Shown here: positions 28,629 to 38,364 of the stretch, piece by piece
Layout: each line of letters opens with the position of its first letter
Position numbering within the stretch: the first letter of the stretch is position 1
Origin: Desulfomonilia bacterium
GTDB lineage: Bacteria > Desulfobacterota > Desulfomonilia > UBA1062
Reading direction: 5' to 3'
DNA length: 64,000 nt
NCBI GenBank assembly: GCA_963664325.2
Contig: CAXXDQ010000003.1
Span: 1,120,001-1,184,000 of the forward strand
Notes under the pieces: generated by a model
The model's database searches: none
What the model was told of the DNA's origin: nothing
The model's input: the letters and a program-made list of their open reading frames with translations, nothing else
Translations under genes and position numbers: made by a program

Positions 28629-28658
28629 TTGACAGGTTCCTTCAGATGAGGATACAAT
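28629..28658 (+). promoter_or_regulatory. Sigma70 promoter
   Basis: TTGACA-N18-TACAAT upstream of the 28730 ORF. Confidence 0.55.
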
Positions 28659-28729
28659 TGAAAATAATTACATGAGTATTATTGAAACACTTAACCGGAC
28701 AAGGACGAACGTTTTGCGAGGTATCTCAG

Positions 28730-29044
28730 ATGGTAACAGATTTAACAACGAGAGAGCTTATCAGCTATGTTGCCCAGTATGGGTTCAAACATACCGAAGA
28801 GCAGCTGGATAATTTCCTTAATGATCTTTTAATCCAGACCGAGAAGGAACCGTACAGAACAATACTGCATGACCTTGTTTCAATGTATCATGAAGGCAGA
28901 GCAAACCCTCATTGGGTGCATGTTTACAGGTGCGGTGAAGACCAGTTCAAACGTATTCATGAAGTACTCAACAAAGGAGGGGAATTAAAATATATCTGTT
29001 ACTCTCCTTTAAAAGAAAACATAGGGGCAAAGATAAAATTTTAA
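28730..29044 (+). CDS. Hypothetical protein, 104 aa
   Basis: GAGGT RBS, upstream promoter, globular composition; no motif recognised. Confidence 0.65.
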   Translation: MVTDLTTRELISYVAQYGFKHTEEQLDNFLNDLLIQTEKEPYRTILHDLVSMYHEGRANPHWVHVYRCGEDQFKRIHEVLNKGGELKYICYSPLKENIGAKIKF

Positions 29045-29284
29045 TATAAGCTGTAATCCAATGACTAAACGGGAATTATTCTTACAGATGTTGAATGGGT
29101 TTTCAAACACAACCCGATAAAAACTCCTTTTCACCCTGACAGGAAGTATGGATTATGGTCAGCTTTATGGATGGAAAGCCTTTTCCATAGATGTCATCTC
29201 TCGAAAGAATGGACATTACATTCTCTAATTCTCCTGTACCATCTTCCATTAATTATTCTGTTAAGAGCGTTTCAGCCCGCGTTT

Positions 29285-30028
29285 TTATGATCCGAATATC
29301 GATTTGATACACAATTCACCATAGTTGGATATCTGCTCCCATGCGCTTTTCGTATCGAGTGTATTATACGTTGCCGGATTGATCACGCCATAAGGAAACA
29401 TGGTGATGATATTGCCGCGTGCGTAATCAATCATCCAGCAGCTGTCCACATACCGGAAAACCCTGCGGGTTCCCTTCTTCAGATAGGCTGTGTCTCCGGC
29501 TAGATACACGGATCTTTCAAACTGACCGGGATCAAAGGTGTCCATTTCTCCAGCTACCATGCAGTCCCACACATCCGCTTGAGTATAATAGCCGGAAAAA
29601 CCGGTGGCCCCGATGGGAGTACCGAAGAAAGCCACATATTCGTTTGGCGAAGCATATACGACAGCGATATTGCAGATCACATTGCCGGCGGCGTTAAAAG
29701 TCCATTTAAGCGTGTCAGTTATTACACCGGGATGCCTCTGCGCCAGTTCCGCGCGCATCATCTCCCACCTGTCTTTAAGGGGCAGGTTTGCGCCCATGTT
29801 GGCTATGCTCTGGATTTCTTCCGGTGTGAAAACATATTGCGTGCTTTTTCCGCTCGAGCCTATTGTCGTCGTCAGCTTTTTATAAAGTTGATTGACCGAA
29901 TCCATGGTGGGATTTCCATCTGCGGGCAGAGTCGACTGTATTTCAGCTTGTGTACCCTTGGGATCAATGCATCCGGCCGTCATGAGAAAGGGGATGAACA
30001 ATATGATTGACACTATATATCTTTTCAT
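29285..30028 (-). CDS. ERG2/sigma-1 receptor (C-8 sterol isomerase-like) family lipoprotein
   Basis: GAGGAGG RBS; lipobox MTAGC; ASPNEYVAFFGTPIG..GFSG and WMIDYARG match the recalled ERG2/sigma-1 motifs ASLSEY..FGT.LG..GHSG and WMVEYGRG. Confidence 0.82.
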   Translation of the reverse strand: MKRYIVSIILFIPFLMTAGCIDPKGTQAEIQSTLPADGNPTMDSVNQLYKKLTTTIGSSGKSTQYVFTPEEIQSIANMGANLPLKDRWEMMRAELAQRHPGVITDTLKWTFNAAGNVICNIAVVYASPNEYVAFFGTPIGATGFSGYYTQADVWDCMVAGEMDTFDPGQFERSVYLAGDTAYLKKGTRRVFRYVDSCWMIDYARGNIITMFPYGVINPATYNTLDTKSAWEQISNYGELCIKSIFGS

Positions 30029-30415
30029 AAAAACCTCCTCAGGAATTTAATGGCTAAAATCAGCTGAACCGTATCCCGATGCAAAATACCATGAATTTGA
30101 ATTACTGTTAAAACATAAATATGAAGAATCTGAAATTTACATATACAATATCCGGCGAAATTATTGGGGTCCCGGAAATCATGGATGTGCAGGATAAACG
30201 CAATTCAATTGATCTCAAATCATTGATGATCATAACGCAAGATTTTGTAGAAATTGCATCCTTTAATGAAACATGTGGATTGAACAAATATAAAAATGTA
30301 TGTTGGGTTTGATTAAAATGGCAGATTAACCTGTAGAAAACTTTTATCGGGTGGCTTTAAGGCAGGGGCTGAAAAAATACTTAAGATAACACGAAAATTA
30401 TTTATATACGGGGAA

Positions 30416-32488
30416 ATGAAAATGTCCATTAAGAAAAATGTAATTCCGCATGATCAAATGATTGGAATGCCATTTATGAATCCTGCAGCGGATCACGAGC
30501 AAAGAATCGAGGATCTGTTGTCACGGCTCACGGTCGAAGAGAAGTGCCTGCTTTCAGCCGGCAAGAAAATGTGGACGACTAAACCCGTTCCCCGCCTGGG
30601 AATACCTCCATTCGGGATGACCGACGGTCCAAACGGTATGGCATTCCATTCCTCAGGCTTTAAAAGAAATACCGCCTATCCCACCAGTATCTGTATGGGG
30701 GCGGCATGGAACCCGGAGCTGGCCTATGATTTCGGCTTGACCTATGCCCGGGAGGTAAGGGCAGCAGGTAACAGGCATATGATTCTGGGACCGGGCATCA
30801 ATATTCATCGCTCACCGTTAAATGGACGCACTTTCGAATATCTTGGGGAAGACCCTTTCCTGGTCTCGAAATTGGTCGTGCCGATAGTAAAGGGGATCCA
30901 GAGTCAGCGGATAGTGGCATGTGTCAAACATTATGCATGTAATAACCAGGAAACCAGGCGGATGAACATCGATGCGATAGTTGATGAGCGTGCCTTGCAG
31001 GAGATTTATCTCCCTGGCTTTAAAGCGGCAGTCCAGGAAGCGGATGCACTTTCTTTGATGGCTTGCTACAACAAGCTCAATGGATTCTACGGATGTGAGA
31101 ATCCTGATTTGCTTATAAAGCGTCTTAGAAAGGAATGGGGATTCAGGGGCTTTGTCGTATCAGACTGGTTTGCCACAAAAGGCACCAGCGGTACTGATGG
31201 TTGTGTCAACGGAGGGCTAACCCTTGAAATGCCCACAATGGGCAGGTATAACAAGCTGGTTCCATCCAGAATCATTTCAGCCGTTCAGGCAGGCAGGATA
31301 AATGAAAAGACTCTTGACGAAAATATTCGCCGGTTGCTCCGGGCCATGTTTTTCGCAGGGCTTTTCGATGATCCCGGGACCTTGCCCAAAGGAAGCCGCA
31401 ACACCCGAGAACATTATGAAGTGGCAAAAAAAATAGCTCAGGAAGGCATGGTCCTCCTTAAGAATGAAAAGTCGTTTCTACCCCTTGATGTCAGTAAAGT
31501 TAAAAAAATCTGCGTACTGGGTCGGAATGCGAACAGAAAGCAGGCACTCCCGATAATAGGAGGCAGTTCTGCAGTCTGGCCGAAATATGAAATCACCCCA
31601 TTGCGCGGTTTGAAAAACAAGTTAATAAATAAAGCCCTATTCGTAAAGAAACCCTCTGATGCCGATGTTGTTGTAGTCGTTGTCGGGCTAAACCATAATC
31701 CCGGGAAAGATGCCGAAGGAAAAGATCGTCCGGGACTGGAACTGCCTGAAAAAGACATCCGGTTAATTATGGCCACGGCAAGAGCAAATGCCAACACAGT
31801 GGTGGTGCTGGTGAACGGAAGCCCTGTTGCGGTAGACCCCTGGATTGATTTAGTTCCGGCCGTACTTGAGTCTTGGTATGGAGGACAAGAAGCCGGTACA
31901 GTTATAGCGGATATACTATTCGGTGATACAAATCCTTCCGGTAAGTTGCCATTGACATTCCCCAGGAAGCTTGCTGATTCCCCGGCGCATGCAAGTCCGA
32001 AATCATTCCCTGGCGATCTGAAAGAACTTAAGGTTTACTATGATGAAGGCATTTATGTGGGATACCGCCATTTTGATGCAAAAAATATTGAGCCGGCCTT
32101 TCCCTTTGGGTTTGGGCTTTCATATACCGAGTTCAAGTATGAAAACTTAGCGCTTGATAAAACTCAACTCAGGGGAAATGATACATTAACTCTCAGCGTA
32201 GATATTATTAATTCAGGGTCTCGTTCCGGTGCAGAGGTGGTCCAGCTCTATATTCATGACGCAGAAGCAGGCATCGACCGCCCGCCAAAAGAACTCAAGG
32301 GCTTTTGTAAAGTTCATCTGGAAGCAGGTGAACGCAGGACGGTAAGCTTTAAAATCACATCAGCTGATTTGAGTTTCTTTGATCCCCGCAAAAACGCCTG
32401 GACTGCTGAGCCCGGCTCCTTTGTCATCATGGTTGGCAGTTCATCCCGGGATATACGGCTGGAGCAGGAATTTAATTATTCAGAATAA
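30416..32488 (+). CDS. GH3 beta-glucosidase (no signal peptide, C-terminal Fn3-like domain)
   Basis: TDGPNG, GRTFEYLGEDP, KHY, VSDW nucleophile, FPFGFGLSYT, EVVQLY. Confidence 0.93.
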   Translation: MKMSIKKNVIPHDQMIGMPFMNPAADHEQRIEDLLSRLTVEEKCLLSAGKKMWTTKPVPRLGIPPFGMTDGPNGMAFHSSGFKRNTAYPTSICMGAAWNPELAYDFGLTYAREVRAAGNRHMILGPGINIHRSPLNGRTFEYLGEDPFLVSKLVVPIVKGIQSQRIVACVKHYACNNQETRRMNIDAIVDERALQEIYLPGFKAAVQEADALSLMACYNKLNGFYGCENPDLLIKRLRKEWGFRGFVVSDWFATKGTSGTDGCVNGGLTLEMPTMGRYNKLVPSRIISAVQAGRINEKTLDENIRRLLRAMFFAGLFDDPGTLPKGSRNTREHYEVAKKIAQEGMVLLKNEKSFLPLDVSKVKKICVLGRNANRKQALPIIGGSSAVWPKYEITPLRGLKNKLINKALFVKKPSDADVVVVVVGLNHNPGKDAEGKDRPGLELPEKDIRLIMATARANANTVVVLVNGSPVAVDPWIDLVPAVLESWYGGQEAGTVIADILFGDTNPSGKLPLTFPRKLADSPAHASPKSFPGDLKELKVYYDEGIYVGYRHFDAKNIEPAFPFGFGLSYTEFKYENLALDKTQLRGNDTLTLSVDIINSGSRSGAEVVQLYIHDAEAGIDRPPKELKGFCKVHLEAGERRTVSFKITSADLSFFDPRKNAWTAEPGSFVIMVGSSSRDIRLEQEFNYSE

Positions 32489-32658
32489 ATAAATATTTAC
32501 TCGTAATAATTCCGATCGGCTCCGACGGACAGGTGATCCTCATACAATTCCATAATGTACATCCCGCTACTCTCGGGCAGGCATTTTCTTTTGACCGTTG
32601 CCGCAAATGTATGGATTTCATCCCGCAGGTTGATGGTGCAAGTGATCCTCAAGAAACG

Positions 32659-33936
32659 CTACCAGCCCCGGGCATCAGCCTGGTTGGCCAGTTCGCTGAA
32701 GGCAGTCTTTTCCGAACCGTTGGAATAACGCAGTCCCAGGGTCTTGAGGTATTCCTTGAAGCGCAGATCAGAAATGCCGAAATACCCGGCATACATATCG
32801 ACCTGGGATTGTGTGAGGTCGTGAAGCCATTCAAAATTAACCGCCGTGACGACGTCGTCATGCGCGTCCCATGCCGAGAACATGTTTGCCACGAAGCGCC
32901 TCTGCAATTCCTCCGAGCTGGCACAGAGCGTGCCTGAAGGATAACCGGCCTCCAGGAACAGTATCTTTCTTCCGGGATACAGGGCGATAAGTGAAGCGAA
33001 GTCCGCACTCACCACATCGGGGTTTTTCACAGTGAAGTCTGCGTTCAATGGGTAATAGGTGATGAATATCGCCTCTGAATTGGCATTGAGCGTCTGGATC
33101 TGGGCGGTCCGGCTGGTCACAGTGCCGTCAAAGGTGGTTTTAACGCCCACTGCCGTCTGCGCCGAAACTTTGGCTTTCACATAAGACGAGGTCAGGTTGT
33201 AAAAATCAGTATACTCAGTCCATCTTGCTGTGTTGGCGCCCAGGTAGACGTCCATCTCGCTGCCCAGGGCTATCAATATGAGGGTGACAGCGGAAAGCCT
33301 CGACAGCACGTGGTCAACCAGGTTTTCGTAGCGCTGCACAACGGCAGCGTCGTTCCAGGCAAGCACACGCAGGTCGGCAGGTCTGCGGTCAGACACTGTA
33401 TCTGCGCTGCTGAGGATGAGCGCGAGCTTCATTCCCTGCGCAGGGTAGTATACATTGGCTATGTCGAGCCAGGTGTCGTCATACACACCCGGCAGGGTTT
33501 CAACCGTATCCCAATCGAGTGTGAGCGTCACGAATTCATTCCCTATGCTTTTCGCCAGGTTGAATGCGTCGTCGTAGGTTCCCGACTGGCTCTGTGTGAT
33601 GTCAATGCCCAGCAGACGGCCTCCGCGCGGCTTGACCGTTGCATCGGTTATTGTCCATGTCTGCTTATCCGTGCCTAGAAAATGGGTAGCCGTAACCCTC
33701 AGGCTGTGCTCCCCGCCCGCCGCTGTATATATGTAACTTTTTCCCAGTCCGGTCACAGGAGCGCCGTCCAGCGTCCAGTCGAACGTTGCATTTGAAGGCA
33801 AGACGGATAAAGTAAATGTCTTCTGTTCCCCAATGGGCACCGACACTCTGTTTGCATTCGGCGACTTTGACAGGATGCACCCGCTCGGCACGGTTGAAAT
33901 AATAATGATAAACATGAATACTGCGGACTTTCTCAT
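32659..33936 (-). CDS. Lipoprotein with Ig-like domain and putative clan GH-A glycoside hydrolase domain
   Basis: Lipobox PSGC; beta-rich N-terminal domain; GSEMD (acid/base-like), ITYYP, FLEAGY (nucleophile-like). Confidence 0.65.
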   Translation of the reverse strand: MRKSAVFMFIIIISTVPSGCILSKSPNANRVSVPIGEQKTFTLSVLPSNATFDWTLDGAPVTGLGKSYIYTAAGGEHSLRVTATHFLGTDKQTWTITDATVKPRGGRLLGIDITQSQSGTYDDAFNLAKSIGNEFVTLTLDWDTVETLPGVYDDTWLDIANVYYPAQGMKLALILSSADTVSDRRPADLRVLAWNDAAVVQRYENLVDHVLSRLSAVTLILIALGSEMDVYLGANTARWTEYTDFYNLTSSYVKAKVSAQTAVGVKTTFDGTVTSRTAQIQTLNANSEAIFITYYPLNADFTVKNPDVVSADFASLIALYPGRKILFLEAGYPSGTLCASSEELQRRFVANMFSAWDAHDDVVTAVNFEWLHDLTQSQVDMYAGYFGISDLRFKEYLKTLGLRYSNGSEKTAFSELANQADARGW

Positions 33937-33986
33937 GGCAACCACCTTCCGGTTATTTACATCTTTTTATAACAATATATCGAGTG

Positions 33987-35093
33987 CTATTTGAGGCTAC
34001 GCACCATCTCCAGGAAGTATTCAAAATGTTTCAGCGGCACTTCAGGCGGAACCGCATGGTCAAGGGACGGTATGTAGCCGCCGCTTGCGAGCATGAAGGG
34101 GACCTTTTCCTGCACCTCTCTCCTGAGCGAGTCCACATCCCGGGCAAGGGCCATCTTGTCCAGGCCGCCCATGATCATAAGCTTGTTGCCGAATGTCTCC
34201 CTCACCCTGCGGATATCCATGCCGGCATTTACTTCGAATGGGAGCATGAAATTCACGCCCGTCTCGATGAACAGGGGGATGAGGAGCCACACATCGCCGT
34301 CGCTGTCGACACCGAAGACCTTTATCCCGGTATCCGCCTTGAGCGAATCGATGAGCTCTTTGTAATAAGGGCTCATGAATTCCCTGAATGCAGAGGGGGA
34401 GATAATTGGCCCGTTCTTGTAGGACATGTCTTCCCAGAAATATATCCAGTCAATGGGAACCCTGGTACAGATATTCTTGATGAGGGTGCTGTGCATATGG
34501 ACCCAATGCCGTGCAATGGCATGGACGAGGGCCGGGTCCCGCCGCATGGCAATCGAGATGCCCTTGAGCCCCATGAGATTTCTGAAAGTACCGAAGAGCC
34601 CGCAAAGGATGATATTGGTGTACTTGTCCGCGGTCGCATTGGCATAATCAATCATGATGTCCAGGAATCCGCTGAACCGCTCCGGATTTTCCGGGTCGAG
34701 ACGCCATCTGATACCCTCGAAATCCCGCATGGTCTTGACCGGGCTCTCTATGATTTGGGGGATCGTCGATTGCCCTCCTGAGAGGACCTTGATGGTGTTC
34801 CCCCCGGTGTCTATCTTGATCACATACGCTTCTTCCTCTTCCAGGATATCCTCTTCGAACCTGGGCCAGAAACCCGGCTCTATGGTCGGATCGGGGGTAA
34901 TCGGAACCCATCGCTGGGGGTCGAACCCGAAATATTCGGGTGCCGTGAAGGTATCATCGTTTATCGTTTCCGGCAGCCCTTCCTTGTGCCAGCGGGCATA
35001 GGTCTCCTTCCAGAATCCTATCGTCTCGTACCTGATGGGCCTGTCCAGCTTTTCGAAAGCGCATGTTGCGTGGAAGCGTTCCCTGACATTCAT
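33987..35093 (-). CDS. UroD/MtaA-CmuA family protein
   Basis: MNVRERF start, WEDMSYKNG, DSDGD, GGLDK, GGYIPSLDHAVPP. Confidence 0.82.
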   Translation of the reverse strand: MNVRERFHATCAFEKLDRPIRYETIGFWKETYARWHKEGLPETINDDTFTAPEYFGFDPQRWVPITPDPTIEPGFWPRFEEDILEEEEAYVIKIDTGGNTIKVLSGGQSTIPQIIESPVKTMRDFEGIRWRLDPENPERFSGFLDIMIDYANATADKYTNIILCGLFGTFRNLMGLKGISIAMRRDPALVHAIARHWVHMHSTLIKNICTRVPIDWIYFWEDMSYKNGPIISPSAFREFMSPYYKELIDSLKADTGIKVFGVDSDGDVWLLIPLFIETGVNFMLPFEVNAGMDIRRVRETFGNKLMIMGGLDKMALARDVDSLRREVQEKVPFMLASGGYIPSLDHAVPPEVPLKHFEYFLEMVRSLK

Positions 35094-35411
35094 AATGCAA
35101 TGTCTGTTACCATATCGTAAATATCAATGCAAAAAAAACGCATCCGTTCTATCCTTTTCTGAAACAATCATTATTCCGGTAAAGACATATGAAATGCTTT
35201 TTAAAACACAGTTGAATTCTTTGTAAGAATGGGGCAGACGCTTTGTCTCATTTATTAGCTTCCGGAGAATACCCTGTTTTCATTTTTTACAATAATTTAC
35301 ATTCAAAAAACAATTTCTTTACAACCATGACGTATAGACAAACTTATTGATTGAGAAAACAAGGGCAGGGAGAAAGTCAAGCTTAAGCATGAGATAAGCG
35401 GGAGACCTGAT

Positions 35412-35522
35412 ATGTGTATAGCGTTTGTTGATTACTTAATGAAATTCTACAATGTTTTAAGTCCCGGTCAGCAGAATATTCTGTTCAGCGATGGCAGTAG
35501 GAAAAAGAAAGAACGCCACTGA
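35412..35522 (+). CDS. Possible small protein, 36 aa
   Basis: GGGAG RBS; MCIAFVDYLMKFYNVLSPGQQNILFSDGSRKKKERH; terminator downstream. Confidence 0.3.
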   Translation: MCIAFVDYLMKFYNVLSPGQQNILFSDGSRKKKERH

Positions 35523-35587
35523 CTGCATGCTAAAAAATAAAAACATCATGGCAAGCGGTCACAACAGGATTTACCCATACTCTTTTT

Positions 35588-35629
35588 GCCCCCAAAAACC
35601 TCCTCCTCATATTTTGGGGGCTTTTTTTT
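35588..35629 (+). terminator. Intrinsic terminator with anti-Shine-Dalgarno-like loop
   Basis: GCCCCCAAAA/TTTTGGGGGC stem, loop ACCTCCTCCTCATA, T8 tail. Confidence 0.75.
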
Positions 35630-35662
35630 AACAAGAACAGAATCTGATGAAAGGAGAAATAC

Positions 35663-35941
35663 ATGAGATTCCTTGAAAATAATTTCGAGAAAGACAGTAT
35701 GGAAATCTGCTTCGATTATATCAGTAATGTCGTGCATTTTCTGGAAAATTACGCCGCCAAACTCGGTATAGAGGATGAACTTGATAAATTCAGGTCGATC
35801 CTTAAACTGCCGCATGATATCCAGAACCTATATTTCCTGGTATTGGAACTTGACGCACTTCTTGAGAGCAAATCTGCAATCGGTCTCGAATGGATCAGGG
35901 ATGATAGATGCTTTAGCGACTTCGAGTCAAAGGCGGCATGA
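35663..35941 (+). CDS. Hypothetical acidic helical protein, 92 aa
   Basis: AAGGAG RBS; no motif recognised. Confidence 0.7.
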   Translation: MRFLENNFEKDSMEICFDYISNVVHFLENYAAKLGIEDELDKFRSILKLPHDIQNLYFLVLELDALLESKSAIGLEWIRDDRCFSDFESKAA

Positions 35942-36023
35942 TTCGTTTTCAGGGAGTGCTTTGATTTCCACCCCATCCCCATGACGAGCCTTCTCTTCTT
36001 CCGCCATGGCAGCAGGGGAAAGC

Positions 36024-37130
36024 TCAGCGAAGGTCCCCGTATTTTTCAAGCCCTTTTCTGAAGGCTTTGATATTGGCCTGCGGTACATTCAGGTGATGCG
36101 GCTGCGGATAAAAATATGCGCCGAACCCTCCCTTCGGCGTACCGAGATTGCTTATCATTTCAAGAACCTCGTGCTCACATTCTTCAGGGGTGCCGTGCGC
36201 ATATGTCGACTGGATGTTTATTGAGGCCCATATCATAAGCCTGCCCCTGAACTGCTGCAGGTCTTCGAAGCCGATCATATGAGGGCTGTCGAGTTCTATG
36301 GCGTCGAGTCCCCAGTCTATCAAAAGAGGCAGAAGGGGATCGATCTTTCCGCAGGAATGCAGATGGATATCGCAGCCGAGTTCATGGACCGTCTCGAAAA
36401 TGCTCCGGTAGACAGGCTCATAGAATTCGCTGAACATCCCGGGGCTCAGATAGGGCCTCATCTGATCGCCGAGGTCGTCATACATCATGAAGCCGTGAGG
36501 TTTGGCGCCGTACTTCACCCACATGCGCGCCGAATTTACATAAAAGCCTGTTATATGGCTTAAAAGTTTTTTCAGCTCTTCAGGATTTCTCCTGTGGTCG
36601 GTCAGAAAGGGCACGAACCCCCGTATTGCCGATGCTGTGGTCAAGGGTCCCATATCGCCGAGGGTGCACATCCTGTAGCGGTTCCTCCCGATGAGTCTGC
36701 TCAAGAAAATATAGAATGAGTAGCGGTTTTTAATCATCGGATCGGGATTGTAATCGGCCAGATATTCATCATACAGCTTCCAGTCTGTCAGTACCGGTCT
36801 GACCGGGTGGCCAATCGATTTCCCTGTTCCCGACTGTTTCCAGATTGAGCCCCATTCATCGACTTCTTCGCGTTCGATGTTAAGCCAGTTTTTATGCCCT
36901 GCCGCTCTGGCCCATTCCGGCCTGTCCCATTTCCAAAGGTGCAGTTTCAGTATTTTTTCGTCAGGCATATAAGGGAACAGGCCTTTTTCATGCCCGGCAT
37001 GACCGGGCTGCCAGGATTTCGGCGGCAGCATGAACATGTGAAAGACGTCATCAAACCCGAAACTCCAGACAGGCACCCTGTCCGGGGTTTTGAAACCGAC
37101 GGCCCTTCTGACCCGTTCGATAGAGTTCAT
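36024..37130 (-). CDS. UroD/MtaA-CmuA family protein with HxC motif
   Basis: MNSIERV..PDRVP, DEWG, YDDLGDQ, HLHSCGKI. Confidence 0.82.
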   Translation of the reverse strand: MNSIERVRRAVGFKTPDRVPVWSFGFDDVFHMFMLPPKSWQPGHAGHEKGLFPYMPDEKILKLHLWKWDRPEWARAAGHKNWLNIEREEVDEWGSIWKQSGTGKSIGHPVRPVLTDWKLYDEYLADYNPDPMIKNRYSFYIFLSRLIGRNRYRMCTLGDMGPLTTASAIRGFVPFLTDHRRNPEELKKLLSHITGFYVNSARMWVKYGAKPHGFMMYDDLGDQMRPYLSPGMFSEFYEPVYRSIFETVHELGCDIHLHSCGKIDPLLPLLIDWGLDAIELDSPHMIGFEDLQQFRGRLMIWASINIQSTYAHGTPEECEHEVLEMISNLGTPKGGFGAYFYPQPHHLNVPQANIKAFRKGLEKYGDLR

Positions 37131-37158
37131 AGGAGTCCCTTTCAATATGAAATCAATT

Positions 37159-38322
37159 TCAAAGAGCCTTAACCCCGTCCCCGATGACGCTCACGTAAAT
37201 CTCGCCGTTCAGGCCTGTTCTGGCCTTGTAGTTCTTAAGGACGGTTTCAGTGAAAGGTTCGACTGCGGGTTCTTGAACAAGCGCGATGGCGCACCCGCCG
37301 AACCCGGCGCCTGTCATGCGAGCGCCCAGGCAGGAGGGAAGGGCAAGCGCCTCCGAGACTATCGTATCCAGTTCGAAGCCGGTCACTTCATAATCGGTCT
37401 TCAGCGAATCATGGGAAGAGCACATGAGGTTGCCGAATGTTGCAAGCTCACCGTTCCCGAGAGCCGCAACCGACTTCTGAACCCGCTTGTTCTCGGTGAT
37501 TACATGGCGGGCGCGTTTTCTGAGTACAGGGTCCTTGATAAGAAGCAGGTCCTCGGCATCGGCCTCGACCAGTGTTCTGGCGGGTCTGGTTTTTTGAATG
37601 ACGGCCAGCGCCGCTTCGCATTCCGTCCTGCGTTCATTGTACTTGGAATCCGCCAGTTCGCGCTTTTTTTTCGTGTTCATTATGAGAAGACGGTATTTGC
37701 CCAGGTTAAAAGGGATATACTTATATTCAAGGGTATTTGTATTCAGCAGGATCGCATGGTCTTTTCTGCCCAGCGCCACCACAAACTGGTCCATTATGCC
37801 GCAGTTGACGCCTATGAATTCGTTTTCAACCTTCTGGCAGAGAAGCGACAGCTTCACCCTGTCAACCTTGTCATCACCCGATGAACAGAGCATCATGTAC
37901 CCCGTCAGCACTTCCAGGGCGGCAGATGATGACAGTCCCGAACTTTCCGGCAGATCACTCATTATAAAAATGTCGCACCCGGCAAGGCTGTGGCCTTCGG
38001 CCGAGAGATACTTCATTACGCCTGCGGGGTAATTTGCCCAGCGGGCTGATCCCATCTTCTTGATATCCTCAAGACGGATGGTTGCCTCACCGGTCTCCGT
38101 AGCCGACCGCAGCCTGACAATGCCGTCATTGCGGCGCCTGATGGCGGCACTGATGCCCAGGGACAAAGCCGCCGGCAGCACAAGCCCGCCGTTGTAGTCG
38201 ATATGCTCGCCGATCAGGTTGACCCGTCCCGGTGAAAAAAAGAACTCGCATTCACCTTCTGTGCCGTACGCCTCAATAAATCCCTTTCCAACATCCTCTT
38301 TCGTATTCATCTTTATCCCCAT
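37159..38322 (-). CDS. galK: Galactokinase
   Basis: PGRVNLIGEHIDYNGG, GLSSSAA, CGIMDQF, YNERR, GARMTGAGFGG. Confidence 0.96.
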   Translation of the reverse strand: MGIKMNTKEDVGKGFIEAYGTEGECEFFFSPGRVNLIGEHIDYNGGLVLPAALSLGISAAIRRRNDGIVRLRSATETGEATIRLEDIKKMGSARWANYPAGVMKYLSAEGHSLAGCDIFIMSDLPESSGLSSSAALEVLTGYMMLCSSGDDKVDRVKLSLLCQKVENEFIGVNCGIMDQFVVALGRKDHAILLNTNTLEYKYIPFNLGKYRLLIMNTKKKRELADSKYNERRTECEAALAVIQKTRPARTLVEADAEDLLLIKDPVLRKRARHVITENKRVQKSVAALGNGELATFGNLMCSSHDSLKTDYEVTGFELDTIVSEALALPSCLGARMTGAGFGGCAIALVQEPAVEPFTETVLKNYKARTGLNGEIYVSVIGDGVKAL

Positions 38323-38336
38323 ATCTTATTGTTTTA

Positions 38337-38364
38337 CTCACCGCTCACCACTAATCACTCACAA
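38337..38364 (-). repeat. Heptamer tandem repeat directly after the GH1 stop
   Basis: Minus strand reads TAG TTGTGAG TGATTAG TGGTGAG CGGTGAG. Confidence 0.55.
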
